Source of the DNA: Flaccisagitta enflata
Lineage: Eukaryota
NCBI GenBank assembly: GCA_965153355.1
Contig: OZ231126.1
Location: 23,374,001-23,438,000 of the forward strand
Direction of reading: 5' to 3'
Length of the DNA: 64,000 nucleotides
The translations under genes were made by a program, and so were the position numbers. This document shows positions 49,829 through 63,507 of this stretch, one piece after another. The first letter of the stretch is position 1, and every line of letters begins with the position of its first letter. Under the pieces are notes generated by a model. That model saw only the letters and a program-made list of their open reading frames with translations, was not told the origin of the DNA and ran no database searches.

Positions 49829-49962
49829 CTCCTATAAGGAAAGTAGACAAAAAAAGCATTAACATTCCTTATTCCAGAACAGTGACTAAAAATTAGCACA
49901 AATCTGTCCAGGAGATCTTTCTCCCATTCAAAATTTTAAAACGACATGTCAACACAAATCAT

Positions 49963-50003
<41 letters not shown>

Positions 50004-50239
50004 CTTTGCGTCCACGTTTGTGTTCCGTCGTCTATTGTGGCAAAAATGTCGCTTTCTCTGCCCGAAAAAAAGGAATTATGATCGTTGACATTTTCGTCCT
50101 TTTTTTTCTCTGCTTTCATCGTGAGCTGATCAAAGAGATTCCGTCTGTGTCTCCCTCGACCAAAACCATTTATCAATCCAGTACCAAAATGTCGTTTGAA
50201 GTTTGAAATCGTGCCGACGAGTTTAGGGGGAACCTCATC

Positions 50240-50490
<251 letters not shown>

Positions 50491-50672
50491 CTCAGATGGC
50501 CAGAAATACTGACAGTGAAATAAGCAAACAAGGAGGCAGACAAACCGTCACACAGAATGCCGGGGAAAGTCAGGTACGCACGAGACAAAAACAACCGTAA
50601 TTCGAGGATTGGTGGGCAAAACCAAGAGACTGAATTTGAAAAATGCCAGACAAGCACTGCAGTTTGGCAGAC

Positions 50673-50771
<99 letters not shown>

Positions 50772-51286
50772 TCTTTTGTTACGTGGCACTGCATCACGCG
50801 GCGGCATAGCATGGCAACCAATGGCAAAAAGTGCAGATTGAATGTGACTCGCAGAAATGGCGCTGATTGGTCCAAATTTATGTGCAGGCAACAAATTTTT
50901 CTGTCACCGACGACAATCGCTGAATTTAAGAATTTGAGCTAAACTGAATCTTTATTGTTTCATCTTGTCGTAAAATGGCCCTTGAAGAGATTGTGTAAGC
51001 ATTTTGACTGTTTTGCTGGTACCATGTGGATGCTTTATTTTCCCAATATGAATGAATAATATTTTTCTTAAAAACCAAGCGGTAATTTCAGTGATTATCA
51101 ACAGATTTGTTAATATTTGTTTTCAGTTGCGGACACGCAACTCTATAAAAGGCTCTGTCCGTCGGTCTGTCCTTTGGTCAGTCTGTCCTTAACGCACTAC
51201 TCAAAAGTTGTAGAAACGCGTATTTGGATGTGTGCGTGCGCGCGCGCGCGTGTGTTTGTGTTTGTGTTTGGGTTTGTGTTTGTGTT

Positions 51287-51360
<74 letters not shown>

Positions 51361-51521
51361 TGTGTGTGCGTGTGAATGTGCGTGCGTGTTGAGGTGTGTT
51401 GAGGCGGAGTTAGGGTGAGCCTGGGGGTTGGATGTCCCTGCCGACGATAGTGTGACCCCGCGTCACTTGTTTGTTTGATGCCAATCATGTATACTTGCTT
51501 GAAATTCTTATCGACTAACAC

Positions 51522-52090
51522 CTGTCCGGATATTATTGTCCCAAAATCAAACTACTGTCCAATCAAAACGGGGATATTTAGCAACATGCAGATTTTTTCA
51601 CTGGTTAGAGCTTGAAAAAGTCTTCATTTTGCTCATGAATTTTGCCTGGATTGCTTCATACAAAATTGAATAAGATCAAAAAACATTGCCCTTATAAATC
51701 ATCGCAAAATTACCAGAAAAACCAAATCAACTTCAGATTATTACCAAATCTGTATAAAGATAGATACTCAGATGCGGATTTCACGGCTAAAAAGCCTTTG
51801 AAAAGTTCTTCAATTTGCCCATGGATTTTAATGGATTTCTCAAAGGTGAACCCTTTTAAAATTCCAACCAAAGTTATAGAAAGATTTATACTTGGGCATT
51901 GCTGGCTAGTGGTCAAGGGGTGATTAAATTGATATGAAGCAACCAAAATGGGATAAAATACAAAAAACAATGTAAAACATACTAGGAAATACTCGTCTGA
52001 CATCAAATAACAGAGATTTATATTGTTACTCACCAGCAGTAGTAAGGCATCTAAAGTTGTGACACTACTGGGACAATAACATCCGGACAG
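51522..52090. mobile_element. MITE
   Basis: TIR CTGTCCGGATATTATTGTCCCA / TGGGACAATAACATCCGGACAG. Confidence 0.75.
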
Positions 52091-52266
52091 TTATAATTCT
52101 AAAGGTCGCATGCTCATGCGTATTCGCACTGACTGGAATCCTATGTACCAGTGCCCCTGTCCACCAGCTACGACTTGGGCTCCGCGTACATTCGGATTTG
52201 ATGTTCATTAGTCATTACTTCATGTAAATCCATCTTCGTTGTATCAGTGTTCGTTGCATCTTGACC

Positions 52267-52454
52267 TTTTTTAGTCGCGTGCACGCGACTCTCCAACCCG
52301 CTATGTCCGTCGGTCTGTCCGTCTGTCCGTCGGTCGGTCCGTCACACTTAGCTTTTTGGGGTTACTGCTCCTGCCCAACTGCTTGGTTGGTCAATCTCAT
52401 CACTGCCCCTGCCCACCCGCACGCGACTGGGGTAGCCGTGTATACGGCCTTGTT
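52267..52454 (-). mobile_element. HINE family A short copy
   Basis: TTTTTAGTCGCGTGCACGCGACT tail and GCCGTGTATACGGCCTTGTT head (reverse). Confidence 0.78.
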
Positions 52455-54393
52455 CAGAAGCGAATCTAGTCAATCGTCAAAGTTAAAATCTTCTCACCGA
52501 ATGTAAATTGAGGTCCAACATGTCGGCGTTGATTTTCCGGAGTCGCGAATGTGGTTGTCATGTTGAATACTGTCGAGTGTTATTCATTTCACGAATGTCG
52601 AGGAGGCGAAGAGGAAATACAAGTTCTGTCCCATGATACATGTGACGGCCCCGGTTTCGGCGGCGTCGAGTTGAACACGGTGGAGTCCTTTTTCAATCCG
52701 CCACGCAGAAAGAAGAACCACGCAAAGGGTTGTTTTCCATGTGATCTATGCAAGGGAGAACGATGCTGGTTACAGTGTAGGGACGTTACAATGATTCAAA
52801 TTAGTATTAAGTTTCCCTATGTATCCGATAGATCATGGAGTGCTTGCCAACACGTTTTTCAGACTAGGTCGGTCAGTCCTTCCGTCAGTACGTTATGCTT
52901 GCAAAATTCGAGTTTCTCGGCAGCAGCCGGCTGGTTTGACGACGGTGAGATCCTACATGGAATCAAATGATAGACGAACATGTTTTGAGAGCCTCTTCTG
53001 TTACTCTGTTGTTTCATCTGTCTGCTCATCCATCTGTCTCTCCATATATGTCACATGTTAAGCACCATATTCAATACACGCGAAGACACAGTGCGGACGT
53101 ATTGATGATAGCCTATTGATCTTTAATCAAAACGAGTACATTTAAGAAAACCTCATTTGCATATTGTGATTTTTATTAAAAACGAATCGCCTACTGATAT
53201 TCATTTTGATCTATCTATAAAAGTGATAAGAACTCACAGAAAAGCTGATCAGACGAGCGTTAGTGACTTAATGATTGGACTTAAACCATTTTCCACGAAA
53301 CAATTGCTCCTGAGATTACGCTTTGGACGCCGTGGATAGAGTTTAAGACTCCAAATATGAACAAAAAAACAATATGTTGCGCTGAGATTACTTCGTCCAC
53401 ACGACATTTTCCTCGCGCCGAAGAAAGTCCGGAGCGTGCTAATGGCTATCCCTGCGTGCATGCCCCAACCGCGCCATTACATCAAAATAAGTACGATAGA
53501 GAGAACGTCCTCAATTACCTATGATTTTGTTGTGCTGCAAGTTTTTTTTATTTCATTTTTCTTTTTTTCTCGGTTATTGTTGATATTTTCGATTGGTCGT
53601 TGTCGTTGATTTTTTTTATGTTGCATGTTGTTGTTGCGGTTGTTGTTGCTTAACTGTCGTTGTTATTATTGCTGTCATTGTTGTTGTTGCTGTTGTTGTT
53701 GGCGTGCTATTCTTTTCCTAAGAGTATTTTGTTGAAGTGAAGTTAAATAAAGATGCGCAAAATCACAAATCCATTCTTATTCCTTTCGTTCTTTAGTTTT
53801 CTTCATCAGCGACGTATTAGCAGCCGCGATGTTATCAATTTCTCGTGATGGGTGCGTGCCAATTGCGGCTGGCTCAAACGGCGACCAGTCATTCCGATAC
53901 TGAAAATAATAGATTTTCAACTGACTTTAAACACCAGCCTTCATGTTCTCATCCAAAGATTGCAGAAGTTAGATGAGTGTTGAAGAACGAAATAAGATTT
54001 TCAGAGTTGAGGGTTATTTTAGTCGAGTTAAGGCGGAGTGATTTTTTCTCCGTTTTGCTTCTAAGTCGGTGTCTGTTGATCGAAGCTAAAACCAAAAGCC
54101 CATCCACGGCTTTTAAACGAATTTCAGGACATCTACAACATTTGCGACAATCACGCCATCCTCGGCGTGGCACCATCGGCGTCATCATGATGCAAAGACC
54201 TGAAGACAAAAAAGAAACGAAAATGAGCGACTATGATCGCAACGCGCTGCTTCGAAAACGGGCAATTAAAGAAATTTCATCATTAAGCTGTCTTCTTTAT
54301 CTCTCTTTCTTACTTTCTGTCTCTTTCTCTCTATCTTTTGGGCTATTCACTTATGTTTTCCTGTCTCTCTATCTCTTTTTTTCTGACCGAATT

Positions 54394-54485
<92 letters not shown>

Positions 54486-54986
54486 TCTCCTTATCTCGTC
54501 AAGAGAAAGGGAGAAACGATAGGCAGTGCGAGGGAGAAACATGGTTAAACCCGTTAATTAGATTGAGGAGGGACCAGAAAACGGCGATTATGGACGAGGT
54601 GACGGCGAAATTAAAGACGATTACGGCCATAACGAAATGGTAATAACGCTGAGTTGCAGTCGCGAAGGTCGGGCCGAGATGTTGACGGTGGTGGTGATAG
54701 GTGTGTTGGTGGTACTTGTGGTGGTGTTTATTCTGTCAGGGGTAGAATCCAAATTGGAAAGAGTCGTTGTGGGGGCAAAATGATGGCGGCGAACGAAAAA
54801 GTAGGTAAGAAGATACTGACGGGAAGTGACACTGTGATAGTGGAGACGGCAACTTGGTAGCGAACTAATGAGAAAGTTAGAAAATACTGACGAAAAGTGG
54901 TAGTGGAGTTGACAACATGGTGACGGTTGAAAGAGGAGGTTAGATGAGATGGTCGAGACGGAATATTGATGGGGGATAAAATGATA

Positions 54987-55549
54987 CAGTAGATCTCGTC
55001 TAGACTTGAGATAACGGGGGCAAGCATTGTAGAAAAACAAATGAAGCCAGGGGAGTGATATTTGAAACATAGACTAATAAAGGGATGCTTTATTGTCCAT
55101 GATAGCTGGTTGCCATGGAAACGCATTTCTATGTATTTTCGCTAAAATATCAATATTTTGAGAAATTTTTTGAGGAAACATTTCTTCAAATTAAATTTGC
55201 TACAACTTTCCCACAGTATGTTCTGTAAGAATGTCGCTCGTTTAGCGATTGCTAGGGCTTGTCACACATGGATACGCTCCCTAGCAATGGTCAAACAAGC
55301 GACATTCTTACAGAACATACTGTGGGAAAATTATAGCAAATTTGATTTTAAGCAATGTTTCCTAAAAAAATCTTTCAAAATATTGATATTTTAGCAAGAA
55401 TACATAGAAATGTGTTTCCATGGCAACCAGCTATCATGGGGAATTAAGCATCCTCAGATTAGTCTATGATCCAAATATCGCTCCCCTGCCTTTATTTGTT
55501 TTTCCACAATGCTTGCCCCCATTATCTCAAGTCTAGATGAGATCTACTG
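54987..55549. mobile_element. Fully palindromic 563-bp MITE (Tc1/mariner-pogo-type ends)
   Basis: TA|CAGTAGATCTC...GAGATCTACTG|TA; the arms pair almost to the centre (~55265). Confidence 0.9.
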
Positions 55550-55905
55550 TACAAGGATGGACCGGGTGGAGAATCGTGAAATGTGGGGGCTCACTGTGGT
55601 TGTGGAGGATGCAACTTGGTGGTGCAAGTGATGACATGGGGGAAGGTAAGTATCAATGGTGGCGGCAATGAAAGCCCTTTAGTAAGAGTTTGTGCACCAC
55701 AGTGTTAGATACGAAAGTGGTGCAGATATGATACAAGTGACATCGCCAACGCGGAGTCGTCAGGTGCATGGAGCAAATGGCACAAATAGTCGCGACGCCC
55801 GAGGCGCCACTTGCGGATGCGCCCGGGCGGAGAAAACAGAAAATATTTTCTCTAAAAGACCCCCAAACAAAAGGCCAAACTTAGTTTCAGCATAACGCGA
55901 ACGGT

Positions 55906-55987
<82 letters not shown>

Positions 55988-56020
55988 CAAACACAGACTG
56001 ACAGAAATAGACAAACCAGT

Positions 56021-57323
56021 TGTTGTTGTTGTTGTTAACCAGCACATCGCGATATCCAAGGGGAAAGAGTTGAGGCTCCGCCGACGTCGAATTATCGAGT
56101 TAATGGTATGTACTACCATACCGTCGGCGGCCACCATTAGGGCGGTGGCTCAGGGGGTGGCCTCGCCCTTCGTCGTCGTCTCGGCGGGGGAGGAGAGGGC
56201 CCAGGATCAGGAAGGTCCTGGAAGCCAGAAGAAGAAGAAAGAAATTCCGCCACTCGTCGGGGGCGCTCCCAGAGGTCTTCCACCGTCAAGTCAGTTTGAT
56301 TCGCAGTGCAGTTGAAAAGATGCGAAGTGGAATGGACTGATACTCGACAGCCAGGGCAGAGATCTGTGTCCGACGCACCGATTCTGTGCCTAAATTCGTT
56401 CAGTCGGGAGCAATGGCCTGAACGGAGTTGACATAGCACGGCTCGAGTTTCGCGAGGCAGTGAAGTTTTGCTTGGATGAATTAGCGGAGGCCTAGTCCCC
56501 AAGACACGATTTGGCTCCAAATTGTCGACCGTGTCACTAACAACCTTCATGTGTAATTCATTTAGGACTCCCTTGACTAGATGAGGCTGAACCACCCCGT
56601 CCCGCAGGTATGGTTCGACTTCTTCCCAACACTTGGAGCGAAGAGTGTTCTTCATTTTCCGATTGCCAGGAGGAGGAGGAGACTTGACATGATCATGTGA
56701 AGGGTGGTTTGGGTTTAAGGCACGCGCGAGGTACTGCGATGAGAGAAGACGTAGATGCTGATCAACAGGAAGTATTTGGGTCTCCGCGTGAAGATGGTCG
56801 ACGGAGGAAGCTAAGTGGGCGCCAGTGATGAGCCGAAGGCACTTATTTTGAACGATCTGCAAACGACGAATGGAAGTTGCCGAATAGTTCGGAAAAACAA
56901 TAGGCGCTGCGTAATCGAAAAATGGCCTAATCATCGACTTGAACGTTTGGGTAAGGCACTCTTTGTCGTGGCCAAAGGTAGTGTCTGACAGAGCCCGGAG
57001 AACGTTGAGTCGACAACCCGCCTTCCGCGCCGTGTAGGTGGCGTGAGCGTTGAAAGTCCACATAGGGTCAAGGACTACTCCAAGCAGCTTAGGATTATTA
57101 TCCTGAGGGATCTGTTCAGAGCCGACCGTAACCACAGGAAGACGACCATACTCTTTTGACCATGGCGTGAAAAGCGTAACCGACGATTTCGATGGAGCAA
57201 TGGACATATCAAGTTCTGCTGCCGATGACGCAAGATTGTTTGCAGCAGACGTCAGGCCAACAGCAATGATGGCTGGATCCACATTAGAACAAGCCGCATG
57301 ATTGTCATCGGCATATCGCTCAT
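56021..57323 (-). mobile_element. 5'-truncated non-LTR retrotransposon (LINE) with (CAA)n tail
   Basis: 9-bp TSD CAAACCAGT (56012-56020 / 57324-57332); RT C-terminal half; (ACA)n 3' tail. Confidence 0.92.
56137..57323 (-). CDS. LINE ORF2 C-terminal portion (RT from YADD onward plus CCHC knuckle), uninterrupted
   Basis: YADD, PKLLGVVLD, IRPFFDYAAP, LQIVQNKCLRLITG, QLRSGHC, CPGC-HSTSHLFNC. Confidence 0.9.
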
Positions 57324-57639
57324 CAAACCAGTAGACACAGATCACAGATTTTAGGCGAACCATCACAGATGCAAACGCGAAAAAGAGTGATGACAAAGCA
57401 CGGCGCATGGAGTGGAGCTCTTTTGCATATTGAGGCTAATTTAAGATACGAATTTTGACGGCTAAAGAAATGATTTTAGGCGGTATCTGCATATCTGTTT
57501 ACGTTTTGATTTACTCGATAGTACACATGAAGGATTTTTTTGTACTCATATAGACTTGAAAGGTTCAGTAGAGTGATGCGGTTGCCCAGACTTTCGACGT
57601 CGTGGAAGCCAAGCAAGCGAAAAAATTCTCGGCCGTCAA

Positions 57640-58327
57640 GACCTTAATGGCCAGTGGACAAAACGCAATAGGTAGAGAACTCACTCTAGTGGCTTTAATC
57701 CAACCCACTGATGATGAACAGAGTGCTGTAAACAACAATTGGTGGTTGAAATTACAGCCGGCTATTAAGTTATAAATTTTGCAAAAATCTAACTTTCACC
57801 AAATAGAATGACACCTGCAGATTGATAATTTTAATTGAGTTCTGAGAATTTTGATATATCACAACATTTACTTTTATATGAAAATAAAAATTCTTATGAA
57901 TGTTTAATTCAGTAATAATGCAATGTTAGAAAACAAGGCCGGATACACAGCTACCGAAGTCGCGTGCGGGTGGGCAGGGGCCATATTTGAGGTCACCAGA
58001 CCATTTGAGCAGGAGCAGTGAGGTCATAGAAATAAGATCATGAAAAAAAAGTAAAGTGTGACCGACCGTGCACGCGACTAAAAAATTTACAAAAAGTGTT
58101 GAGTGTTACATATCAAACTTTTCAGAATTTCATCAGGATTATGAATATGCTTGTCACATTCTATTCTGTTTAGGTTGTATTTCTGCCGACTTTGTAGCAT
58201 AAAAGCATGCCTGTAATTTTTACAACCAGTTGTTGTTTACTGCATTCTGTTTAATAACAGAAGGTTGGATCAAAGCCAACAGAGTGACCCCTCTACCTAT
58301 TTTGTTTTGTCCACTGACTGTTAAACG
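57640..58327. mobile_element. MITE with long imperfect inverted arms and a nested HINE (57931-58085)
   Basis: CAGTGGACAAAACGCAATAGGTAGAG / CTCTACCTATTTTGTTTTGTCCACTG and further inverted blocks. Confidence 0.7.
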
Positions 58328-58792
58328 TCCTCGCGATTGTCTATATGAGGAGGAAATACTGTAATCTTCCGTGACAATTTGAGCCGCATGCTACGCGACT
58401 CTACACCCTGCTAAGTCGGTCGGTCGGCCTTGTTTATCTTCCGAGACGCATATAAAGTCAACCTAGATTGAGATTCAGAATCCCGTTCGTCTGCTGAGGA
58501 GAGAAAGAAAGACGGAAGGAAAGAAAGAAGAAACAAGCAAACGAAGGAATAAAGAAACAAAGAAACAACAACAACAACAAACAAAACAAAAAAAAGTAAC
58601 GCGAGGTTACAATATCGTCGCGGACGGTTGGGCAGGAGCGCGGCGTTCAACCCCCCTAACTCCAAACACACACACGCATCCATAACGCTCATTTTTACAC
58701 TTTACAACTTGTGCTATCGGACCGACGGATTGACTAATGGACCAACGAACATACAAAGCCTCCTTAGAGTCGCGAGTCCGCGAATTTAAGAG

Positions 58793-59026
58793 AAACAAGG
58801 CCGGATACACGGCTACCCCAGTCGCGTGCGGGTGGGCAGGGGCCATAATTGAGGTAAGTGGAACATTTGGGCAGGAGCAATAAGGCCAAACCCCCCATTA
58901 ACGCCGAAAAAGTAAGGTGTGACGGACGGACGGACGGACGGACGGACGGACGGACCGACGGACCGACGGACCGACGGACGGACCGACAAAGTGGGATGTA
59001 GAGTCGCGTAGCACGTGACTGAAAAA
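58793..59026 (+). mobile_element. HINE family A short copy
   Basis: Canonical head, (GACG)n, hairpin tail. Confidence 0.78.
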
Positions 59027-59379
59027 AGAGAGAGAAAGAAAGAAAATGGGAATAAACATGTGCAAAAATTAGGCGGAAAATGTAAAGATTTGGTTTCCAT
59101 TGTAAATATAGTTTCAGCAACATGGGATTTTTAGTCACGTGCACGCGACTCTATGACCCGCTCTGTCCGTCTGTCCATCGATCGGTCCGTCGGTCCATCC
59201 ATAACACTGCTTTTTTTTCTAGTTTGACATCATCTTAAGTCATGTTAAGTCATTTTAAGTCATTTTAAGTTATTTTAAGTCTCTTAGTCCTTTGGTCTTT
59301 TAGTATTTCTGTCTTATGGTCTTAACAACCGCACGCGACTGTAAGGTGCCTTGTTACTGAAGAAAGCTACTATCTAGGA

Positions 59380-59776
59380 AACAAGGCCAACACCTATAAG
59401 TCGCGTGCGAGACTTACAGACAAAGAGTGACTTAGAATGACTTAGAATGACTTTCAATGACTTAGAATGACCTAAAATGACCAAAATTGACTTAAAATGA
59501 CTAAAAAAACAAAAAACCAAAAATAACTTAAAATAACTTAAAATGACTTAAAATGACTTAAAATGACTTAGACTGACTCAAAATGACTTAGAATAACTAT
59601 AAATGACTTAAAATGACTTAAAATGACCTAAGAGTTGACGTTATAGTACAAAAAAGTAAAGTGTGACGGACTGACGGACGGACGGACGGACCGACGGACG
59701 GATGGACCGACGGACGGACCGACGGACGGACGGACCGACAAAGCGGGTTATAGAGTCGCGTGCACGCGACTAAAAA
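59380..59776 (+). mobile_element. HINE family A copy with short (AATGACTTA) array
   Basis: Same head as 351, 10-bp array, (GACG)n, AGTCGCGTGCACGCGACTAAAAA. Confidence 0.78.
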
Positions 59777-61262
59777 GTTTAGCGAGACTTATGGTTGATG
59801 GTATATTTTCCCCCCTCATGTGCTCAAAAGTCATGCACCTGATTGTTCTTGGTTATTTTTGTATTCATAATAATAAGAACAAAAGAGAAAAACAATCTTC
59901 AATCCAATTTAGAGACCGCGAGATTGGTTTGTTGATCACAACTAAGAGATGGTTGTGGTAAAAATAGTAGATTTTGGACATTTTGGCATGCAAAACTAGG
60001 CTACTTCTCTTTCCAAATCTGACTTAAAATGCATGAGATTATTAAACTAGAGCTCAAGAGCTAACCAGAGGGTGTCTATTTTTTTTTGGTAAAATTTAAA
60101 AGCATTCCAAAGATTGAAGGGTAGGAAAAACAAGGCCGGATAGACGGCCACCAGTTGCGGATGGGTAGGGAGGGGTTGATATGCGCGTTTCCCACTTTTC
60201 GACTCGTGCTGACAGACGGACGGACGGATGGATGGATGGACGGACGGACAAAGCTTCTTATAGAGAGTCCGCAACTAAAAGAATATTCTTTTTGTCATTT
60301 TTGAAAGTAAACAACCAACTTCATACTGATGCACACATGCCGATCAATTCTGATTCCGTAATTCAGTCGTAGCAAAAATCGGAAATTATTTTTTTGGTAT
60401 TTTTAGAATGTTGAGTCATTAGGAAGATACCCTAGAGCGATACTTCGATTCTATCGGCCCGTTAAGTGGGGGAAATGTGGTGTGTCAGGTCATGCTCAAA
60501 TACAAAGTCCCAATTTTAGCGAAGATGTTTTGGCAAAAAAGTCAAATGAACGCACTGATTGATGTGCCCATGCATCAGTGTATTCGTATACCGAGGCCCA
60601 ATACTCTGGCCCTGCCCAGTTCCTAGATAATAAATTTCACCTTTATGATGCATTCTCTCAAAATGCAAAACGACGCAAATCCAATGAAATAGCTTAGGTT
60701 GTCCGGATGAACCCCTTCTTCCATTGCGTAAAAGGAATTTTGGTAAAACGTGGTAGTTTAGTCTTTAAAATCGAAATCTTTTTTGTCCTCCGGTTTTTGT
60801 TTCATAGTTCTAATCTTCGCCATAATTACAATTTTCGCCAAGGTATTTTTCTAAGCTGCCGTTTTTATTCACTTAACTTAATCAAATCCTTTGCGTAGTG
60901 AAAAATTTTTCATAACTTGCCTTAGAATATTGTGGTGCTATTGCCGTGGTCATTATTTTGCGTAACACAACCCCTTGGAATTGAAAGACTCAGCAGCAAT
61001 CGTGTTTTCCATTTCTAGAAGGTTACAAGGACCGTCTCGATTGAAGTGGAATTGATAGATGAAAGAATATGAAACAAGGCCGGATACACGGCTACCCTAG
61101 TCGCGTGCGGGTGGGCAGGAGCAGTGCTGGAGAAGGTCACCAGGGCACCTGGGCAGGAGCCGTATGCTCAAAAAGCTCAAAAACGCCGAAAAAGTAAAAA
61201 GGGGACCAACCGATTGACCGACCAACCGACCGACCGACCGACCCAGCGAGGTGTAGAGTCGC

Positions 61263-61323
<61 letters not shown>

Positions 61324-61442
61324 CAGACAGACGGACATAGGAAAAGTGAGCCAACGCTTTTGTCACTAACATGAATTTATTGTAATGGAATGAGGAAATG
61401 AATGACCGTTATCCCGATAAATGCATAAATCAATTTGGTCTT

Positions 61443-63327
61443 CAGGACCCGAAGTAGTTAAGGTTTTCAAATTAACTAGTTAATAGTTAACTAACTACTT
61501 TTTTCGGCTAGTTAACTACTAAAGTAGTTAAAACCAGATTTTTGCGGTAACGGGTGGTCAAAAAAAAAGTGACAAAGCTAGGATTTTTTTCAAAAGGTTT
61601 CAAATTTTTTTTATGAGTTAATACTTTGAAAATAAAATAAATTGTATAAAAAAATTTAATTTTTTTCAGTTTTGTAAAACAGATAATTATATAAATATAA
61701 AAAAATAAAATATTTGTATGAATCAATTATAACATAGATAATCAGCGGTTTTTAAGAAACAAATTTGTTCATTAGGTCCTGTCTGAAATAAATACAATTA
61801 TCTATAAGCATCCAAGCTTTCGTTTAAGAGATTTGAGTAAAAAAGAAATGGATGTTTTTTAGAAGTATCTTTTGTTTTGGTATATGTTAGTACTCTTTTT
61901 GTTTTTCTTAGATTTTTAGTCGCGTGCACGCGACTCTACACCCCGCTTTGTCCGTCCGTCGGTCGGTCGGTTGGTCGGTCACACTTTACTTTTTTTATGA
62001 TTTTTATTTTTGGACCTCACTGCTCCTGTCCAAATGGTCTAGTGACCTCAAATATGGCCCCTGCCCACCCGCACGCGACTTTGGTAGCCGTGTATTCGGC
62101 CTTGTTTATCAGTTTTTGAGTCGTCCTTAACTATAGATAGTGAATCTATAAAAAAATTTCAATTTTTTCACAGAAAATTTTTGGTAAAAATAAAAGCGGT
62201 CCAAAATTAAAATCAGTTTATTGTAAATAATTTTAAATGTACAAAAAATGTACACAAATCATAATAAAAAAAAAATTCTCCTGCGCCATGTCTTATTGGC
62301 AAAAAAAAGAAATTTTACCCTGAGTATACTTTTACAAAAGATATGAGAAAATGAAAAAGTCACTTTTTTTTTGACCACCCGTTAACAAGCATATCATCAT
62401 ATCTCATATCTCTCAGTTATCAAGTCAGTTTATTAGACTTTTAGTGTTTTATAAACCAAGCATGATGGCAAAATGCAGAATGATAATAAAATGGGTTGAA
62501 ATAGGAAGATTGTATCAAACTCTTATCAAAGCAGGTCAAACATTAAGTCAATTATTACCAAACACCGAGCAAATAGATCTCCCAAGACATGAGACATGTA
62601 GGTTTTAAGAATGCAATGATTATCAAAACTATTGTCAGCAAGAGAACCTCTCACTTTGGAAACAGACAGTCAAGCTGCATTGAAGGCTCTATCTGTCTCA
62701 ATGAAAGTGGGAGAGCAAGTTGATGTGTTTTGTTGAACTTTCAAGACACAAAGTATTTGCCTTTTTATTTCATGTATATGATCCCATATCTGATGTCTTT
62801 TGCATCGATAAACTTAGTTTTTATTTGCGAAATTCATAGGTTTATTTGTCTTTCAAATATTAATTTCTCTGTATTTCCAAGCCTAGATGATACCCAGTAT
62901 ATGCTATAAAGAAATTTAGCATTGATAGTCTGAATACGAGATGAACTTAACTGAAAGGATGAAAAGGACAATATGGATTGAGAAAGATAATTGAAAATAT
63001 CAAAGAGGCAGAAAAATAAACAATCATTGACTTGGGTCTTATGACCTAGTTGAAGATACATTGAGATTCTGAATCCTGACCTACTCATGCATTAATTGTT
63101 GCAGAGTAAAAATGCACAAATGTATTTGCAGGCATTACTTTGTAAAAAAATGTTGTCTTACAAACATATCTTCAATCAATAGGAGTGTTTCAAAAGATTT
63201 ATTGAATCAAATCTTACTTCTTTTATTTTAACTATTTTAACTAGTTAATTTGGTCTAGTTAACTACAGCCTTTTTCAGAAAATTAACTAGTTAACTAACT
63301 AGTTAAAGTTAACTACTTCGAGCCCTA
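61443..63327 (-). mobile_element. hAT transposon deletion derivative
   Basis: TIR CAGGACCCGAAGTAGTTAA / TTAACTACTTCGAGCCCTA, subterminal TTAACTAGTTAA repeats, GGTCTTC flanking both sides, transposase relic; nested HINE at 61913-62107. Confidence 0.75.
62590..62720 (-). pseudogene. hAT transposase C-terminal dimerisation-domain relic
   Basis: SPTFIETDRAFNAA*LSVSKVRGSLADNSFDNHCILKTY resembles the P-T-S-x-E-x-E-R-A-F-S...R-x-x-L motif. Confidence 0.65.
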
Positions 63328-63401
63328 GGTCTTCTGATTGATTTGAAATGAATTAGTAGGGATGAAGAGCGACCAAAATGGAAAGGCTAGCATGATTATT
63401 G

Positions 63402-63507
<106 letters not shown>

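Noticed and set aside
54562-54783. Plus-strand frame with a TM-like Val-rich stretch
   Set aside because: Hydrophobicity arises from GTG-rich low complexity; no supporting gene structure
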